DNA of 20,000 nt from an uncultured virus (IMG/VR IMGVR_UViG_3300022752_006411) (taxonomy: Duplodnaviria > Heunggongvirae > Uroviricota > Caudoviricetes), in the IMG/VR virus record IMGVR_UViG_3300022752_006411, one strand, 5' to 3'. Positions 16,263 through 20,000 of this stretch are shown piece by piece (the stretch's first letter is position 1; every line of letters starts with the position of its first letter). Under the pieces are notes generated by a model. It had not been told where the DNA came from, did not search any database, and saw only the letters and a program-made list of their open reading frames with translations. A program made the position numbers and the translations under genes.

Positions 16263-16835
16263 TTAAAAGTCATCCATGGAATCGTCAGAAATATTTTCCA
16301 AATAACTTTCGCATTCTTGATATTCTTCGTCGTCGTAATTCATCTCTTCCTCTTCCTCTTCCTCTTCCTCTTCCTCTTCCTCCTCTTCTTCGTCCTCTTC
16401 TTCTTCGTCCTCTTCTTCGTCCTCTTTGTTTATTTCGCCTTCCATCTCTTCATAATTAATTTCTTCTATTTCGCCTTGCATATTTTTCTCTAAAATATAC
16501 AAAACATCTAAAATTTTTCCATTTTTTTGTTTTCTTAGACCCATTATTGATTCAACAATTTCAAGAATTACAGCCAAGCCATTTAAATCTGCTATTAGCT
16601 CGCCGTTATCATTATGACCATTATTTTCAATTAACCTCTTGAGAGGCTTGCAAAAATAACGGTCAATTTGCATTTCATTCAGTATGCAACAAGACGGGCC
16701 ACCACATCCATTAACAATCAATGATGGCAAAGCCGAAGGTGAAGATTGAGATTTGAGCTTTAGGCTTACTTTTATTTCTTGCTTATTTTCATTGCTCTCA
16801 GAAACAATCCTTTTGACCAATTTGATCTTATCCAT
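16263..16835 (-). CDS. hypothetical protein with very long acidic (E/D) C-terminal tract
   Basis: 190 aa, SD AAGGAG; KEDEEEDEEEEDEEEEEEEEEEEEEEEEMNYDDEE encoded by GAR/GAC repeats. Confidence 0.8.
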   Translation of the reverse strand: MDKIKLVKRIVSESNENKQEIKVSLKLKSQSSPSALPSLIVNGCGGPSCCILNEMQIDRYFCKPLKRLIENNGHNDNGELIADLNGLAVILEIVESIMGLRKQKNGKILDVLYILEKNMQGEIEEINYEEMEGEINKEDEEEDEEEEDEEEEEEEEEEEEEEEEMNYDDEEYQECESYLENISDDSMDDF

Positions 16836-16900
16836 TTTTACACTCCTTTGCGTGTTTGATTGAGGACTCCTATACCCCTCGAAAGACCGGGGCGGGGCGG

Positions 16901-16928
16901 ATTATATCCAAAAAATTGCGTTTGTCAA
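16901..16928 (-). promoter_or_regulatory. consensus sigma70 promoter
   Basis: TTGACA-16 nt-TATAAT. Confidence 0.75.
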
Positions 16929-16956
16929 GTCTGTTTTTCTCCTAAAAAAATTAAAA

Positions 16957-17592
16957 TTAAAAATTGTAATTTCCTCCCGAATGTGGTTTTCTACACTTAA
17001 CAATCCAAGAAACGTCGTATTCTTTTTGGCCAAAATTGTCGATAGTAGAATTTAATTTTCTTAATATCAAACCTTCAATTTCATCTGATTTTAAAAACTC
17101 TTTGTAATGAAATTCAAAATTATCCTTCCAAGTTTCAGCAAGCCAAATATCTTCTGTCACATATAAGGCCAATTTATTTTGCTCTAAAACTTTAGGGCTT
17201 CTACAAATTTTTTCTAAAATTAGAAGTCTGTCTTGTTGAGGCGTATTAATTAGATATTTTCCAGAATGAAGAACATCAAATAAAATTATTTTTTTCTTAT
17301 AATACTGGCTTTTAGTTTTATGATCTAAAAGTTCGCCATTCAACCAATATTCTTTATCTTCTTCTAAGTCTAAAGATAAAATTTGATCAATATGATTCTT
17401 GGTCAAAGAAAATAATTTTGGAGGAGTTCCGTGTCTAGTAAAAATTTTAATTTTTCTATCACGGGAAATATTTATTACAATATTGGTTCCGTTAAATTTT
17501 CTTTGTGCAACCCACTTTCCAGACTTTTCATATTCAAAAAGCTTATTGGAAGGGATTCTAATATTTGGATGAGGCGGAAATAAAGCTTTCAT
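16957..17592 (-). CDS. ATP-dependent ligase-superfamily nucleotidyltransferase (adenylation domain only)
   Basis: Motif I AQRKFNG, Ia FTRHG, III LNGEL, IIIa LFDVL, IV EGLILRK, V WIVKCRK; protein ends about 8 aa after motif V. Confidence 0.8.
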   Translation of the reverse strand: MKALFPPHPNIRIPSNKLFEYEKSGKWVAQRKFNGTNIVINISRDRKIKIFTRHGTPPKLFSLTKNHIDQILSLDLEEDKEYWLNGELLDHKTKSQYYKKKIILFDVLHSGKYLINTPQQDRLLILEKICRSPKVLEQNKLALYVTEDIWLAETWKDNFEFHYKEFLKSDEIEGLILRKLNSTIDNFGQKEYDVSWIVKCRKPHSGGNYNF

Positions 17593-17649
17593 TATAGGCT
17601 CCTTTGGAACAGGATAGTTTTAGTTTTTTCAAAAAAATATGTAAAGCAA

Positions 17650-17678
17650 TTGACAAAAAAATAAAATATTTGTAAAAT
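17650..17678 (+). promoter_or_regulatory. sigma70-type promoter, probably leaderless transcript
   Basis: TTGACA-17 nt-TAAAAT; ATG at 17685 follows 6 nt later with no SD. Confidence 0.7.
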
Positions 17679-17684
17679 CAATAT

Positions 17685-18383
17685 ATGAAGAAAATTAAAT
17701 TTTACACTATAGATGCATATTTGGGAGCAATACCCGAACCAATTCCAGCGCATGAAATGCCGCCTGATTGGTTCAAAACTATGAATTCAAAAATTGACGA
17801 CAAAAAAGCAACCGCTATAAACAATTGCACAATTAAAATGTGTCCGGGGATTATAGATTCATTTTCATACGGATACATAATTCCTGCTTGGTGCGATATA
17901 ACCATGTGGTGGGATGATAAAAATCAATTACAAATAGAAACAGGATGGGCGGATAAAAGTGCGATTCAGGGAGTTTCAGAAAATCAATTTAAGAATTTCC
18001 AACTTCCAAAAAATCATAAAAGAGTAATGATTAAAATGACAATTCCATGGAAAGTTGAAACTGATCCGGGAACCAGCATACTTGTCGCTCATCCCAAATG
18101 GAGAAGTGATAACTTTACTTTATATGAAGGAATGGTTGACAGCGATAGCTATGTAAATAATATTCACGCTATAATTTCATTCGATCCAAGAGAACAGGTA
18201 AATATAAAAAGAGGCCAGCCTTTAGTCCAAATCATTCCTTTAATTAGGGAGGATTGGAAAAGAGAAATTAAACTGTGGGGCGACAAAGAAAATAGAAAAT
18301 TTAATAAACAGCAAAACGCTCTGTTTTCATATGGTGTCTGCGGCTATCTGAAACACTTTTGGAAATCTAAAAATTTTTATTGA
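17685..18383 (+). CDS. conserved phage hypothetical protein (DUF6065-like / dUTPase-like beta fold)
   Basis: PIPA...PDWFK, TIKMCPGIIDSFSYGYIIPAWCD, PWKVETDPG.S.L..HP, GMVDSD, IKRGQPLVQIIP; family recalled from aquatic phage genomes, not searched. Confidence 0.6.
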   Translation: MKKIKFYTIDAYLGAIPEPIPAHEMPPDWFKTMNSKIDDKKATAINNCTIKMCPGIIDSFSYGYIIPAWCDITMWWDDKNQLQIETGWADKSAIQGVSENQFKNFQLPKNHKRVMIKMTIPWKVETDPGTSILVAHPKWRSDNFTLYEGMVDSDSYVNNIHAIISFDPREQVNIKRGQPLVQIIPLIREDWKREIKLWGDKENRKFNKQQNALFSYGVCGYLKHFWKSKNFY

Positions 18384-18564
18384 AAGATTTATTTGGTATT
18401 TTTTTATTATTGATCTTATCATATATTTCATCTCTATAGATCGGAATTTGTTTTGGAGCTTCAATTCCAATTTTAACTCTGTTGTTCTCTACTTCTAAGA
18501 CAATTATTTCAATGTCATTTCCAATAATTATAGATTCGTCAATTCTTCTTGTTATAACAAGCAT
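18367..18564 (-). CDS. csrA: carbon storage regulator CsrA/RsmA (copy 2)
   Basis: Start revised to ATG at 18564: MLVITRRIDESIIIGNDIEIIVLEVENNRVKIGIEAPKQIPIYRDEIY; SD AGGGAG. Confidence 0.95.
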   Translation of the reverse strand: MLVITRRIDESIIIGNDIEIIVLEVENNRVKIGIEAPKQIPIYRDEIYDKINNKKIPNKSFNKNF

Positions 18565-18610
18565 TTTCAACTCCCTTTGTTTTTTTGTTTTATGACCAAC
18601 AAGAAAGATC

Positions 18611-18638
18611 ATTCTACAAAGGCGAAAAGTATTGTCAA
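18611..18638 (-). promoter_or_regulatory. sigma70-type promoter of csrA copy 2
   Basis: TTGACA-16 nt-TAGAAT. Confidence 0.75.
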
Positions 18639-18652
18639 CTGACTATCAAAAA

Positions 18653-19738
18653 TTAATATTTTTTAGCAAATAGCATGGCAGATCCAATAATTTGATGCAT
18701 GTCTCTGTATTGATACTCTCCTAGTCTACCGCCAAAAACAACATTTTTTGAATCTAAATTAATATATTTTTTATATAAAGAATTATTCTTTTCATCATTT
18801 ATTGGATAATAAGGAATTTTATTTGCTGAATAATCCTCAGGATACTCTTTTGTTATAACGGTTTTATTTGTCTTAATTCCTTCAAAATGTTTGTGCTCAA
18901 CAATTCTTGTGAATGGAATAGACTCGTCGGTATAGTTCATTATTGATATTCCTTGAAAATCTTCTTGATCAAAAACTTGACTTTCAAATCTTAAAGATCT
19001 GTACTCTAACTCTCCAAAAGCATAGTCATAAAATTGGTCTATTTGGCCCGTATAAATTATTTTTTCAGAACAATTTAATAGTTCTTTTTTGTTTTCAAAA
19101 AAATCAGTATTTATTTCCAACCTAATATTTGGATGATCTAACATTCTTTCAAATATCGCAGTATATCCATTAACAGGAACCCCTTGATATTTATCATTAT
19201 AATATCTATCGTCATAATTCAATCTAAAAGGAATTCTTTTTATTAAAGATGAGGGTAGTTCTGTGGGTTTTTTATTCCATTGCTTTTTTGTGTATCCCTT
19301 TATAAATATTTCATACAATTCTTCGCCCATTTCAGACAAAGCAAAATCTTCTAAATTGTTTGCATTTTCTTTTTTTCTAAAAGATTTTATTTTGTTAGCC
19401 GCTTCTTCTGGGGTTTTTACTCCCCAAATTTGATTCATAGTAGATAAATTAATGGGGAAGGAATAAATGTTGTTTTTGTAATTGACTTTTATTCTGTGTT
19501 GATAATTTATAAATTCAGAAAATCTATTTATAAATTTCCAAACTTCATAATTATTTGTATGAAAAATATGAGGTCCATATTTGTGCACGTTTATATTGTG
19601 AATTTTTTCAGTAAAACAATTGCCGCCTATATGATTTCTTTTGTCTATTACAAGCAATTTATAACCAAGCTCGGCTTTTATTCTTGCAAAAGTTGACCCG
19701 AATAATCCACATCCAACAACTAGATAATCAATCTTCAT
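18653..19738 (-). CDS. glf: UDP-galactopyranose mutase
   Basis: VVGCGLFG FAD motif, HIGGNC, HKYGPHIFHT, GYTKKQW, LEYRSL, FTRIVEHKHF, PYYP, GRLGEYQYRDMHQ. Confidence 0.96.
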   Translation of the reverse strand: MKIDYLVVGCGLFGSTFARIKAELGYKLLVIDKRNHIGGNCFTEKIHNINVHKYGPHIFHTNNYEVWKFINRFSEFINYQHRIKVNYKNNIYSFPINLSTMNQIWGVKTPEEAANKIKSFRKKENANNLEDFALSEMGEELYEIFIKGYTKKQWNKKPTELPSSLIKRIPFRLNYDDRYYNDKYQGVPVNGYTAIFERMLDHPNIRLEINTDFFENKKELLNCSEKIIYTGQIDQFYDYAFGELEYRSLRFESQVFDQEDFQGISIMNYTDESIPFTRIVEHKHFEGIKTNKTVITKEYPEDYSANKIPYYPINDEKNNSLYKKYINLDSKNVVFGGRLGEYQYRDMHQIIGSAMLFAKKY

Positions 19739-19744
19739 ATTTTA

Positions 19745-19772
19745 ATTATATAAAAATAAAATTAAAAATCAA
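19745..19772 (-). promoter_or_regulatory. sigma70-type promoter of glf, probably leaderless
   Basis: TTGATT-16 nt-TATAAT, then 6 nt, then the ATG at 19738; no SD. Confidence 0.6.
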
Positions 19773-19776
19773 CATT

Positions 19777-19810
19777 AAAAAAAATAGACCCGCCGGAGGG
19801 CAGGTCTATT
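19777..19810 (-). terminator. intrinsic terminator
   Basis: Minus strand AATAGACCTGCC-CTCC-GGCGGGTCTATT followed by a poly-T tract. Confidence 0.8.
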
Positions 19811-19831
19811 GTTATCAAAAATAACAAAAAA

Positions 19832-20000
19832 CTAAAAAAGCTGCTGAATGCAAACTGTGATTGCTGGAACCCAGGCTCCTGACATACTTGAGCACATCAT
19901 GTTTCCTTTTGGGCAGCTGACTAGGAAATATTTCCATCCGCCACATTTTGCTGTTCTTGTTCCGGAAGCACTTATTCTTCCGTTTGAGCAGCGTCTATAA
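19832..20000 (-). CDS. C-terminal fragment of a Cys-rich hypothetical protein (starts outside the window)
   Basis: ...YRRCSNGRISASGTRTAKCGGWKYFLVSCPKGNMMCSSMSGAWVPAITVCIQQLF*, ending just before the terminator; frame choice uncertain. Confidence 0.45.
   Translation of the reverse strand, partial: YRRCSNGRISASGTRTAKCGGWKYFLVSCPKGNMMCSSMSGAWVPAITVCIQQLF

Overview
AT-rich, densely coding, mostly minus-strand segment that looks like an accessory/host-takeover region of a large (jumbo/huge) bacteriophage. No hallmark structural gene is present, so the phage assignment is an inference from the gene mix. It carries host-like regulators (ClpX, two CsrA paralogues, a stand-alone RNA polymerase alpha-CTD, three paralogous basic nucleoid-protein-like genes) and auxiliary metabolism/glycan genes (prs, rmlA, glf, a GT2, and an RmlB-like protein with substituted catalytic residues). 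Also present are a GHKL ATPase (partial), a BCS1-like AAA ATPase, a VOC/HPPD-like enzyme, a minimal ligase-superfamily nucleotidyltransferase, a free-standing NUMOD4-HNH endonuclease and several hypotheticals. Several proteins resemble Planctomycetota-type families (from memory, not searched), suggesting a planctomycete host. The most striking unexplained structure is non-coding. Three unrelated long hairpins share an identical GTAAAA loop. One gene appears to start at AUU behind a perfect SD. Three genes appear leaderless. GGA-loop (CsrA-type) leaders and a switch/pseudoknot-like leader precede other genes. Together these suggest a layered, element-encoded post-transcriptional control system.
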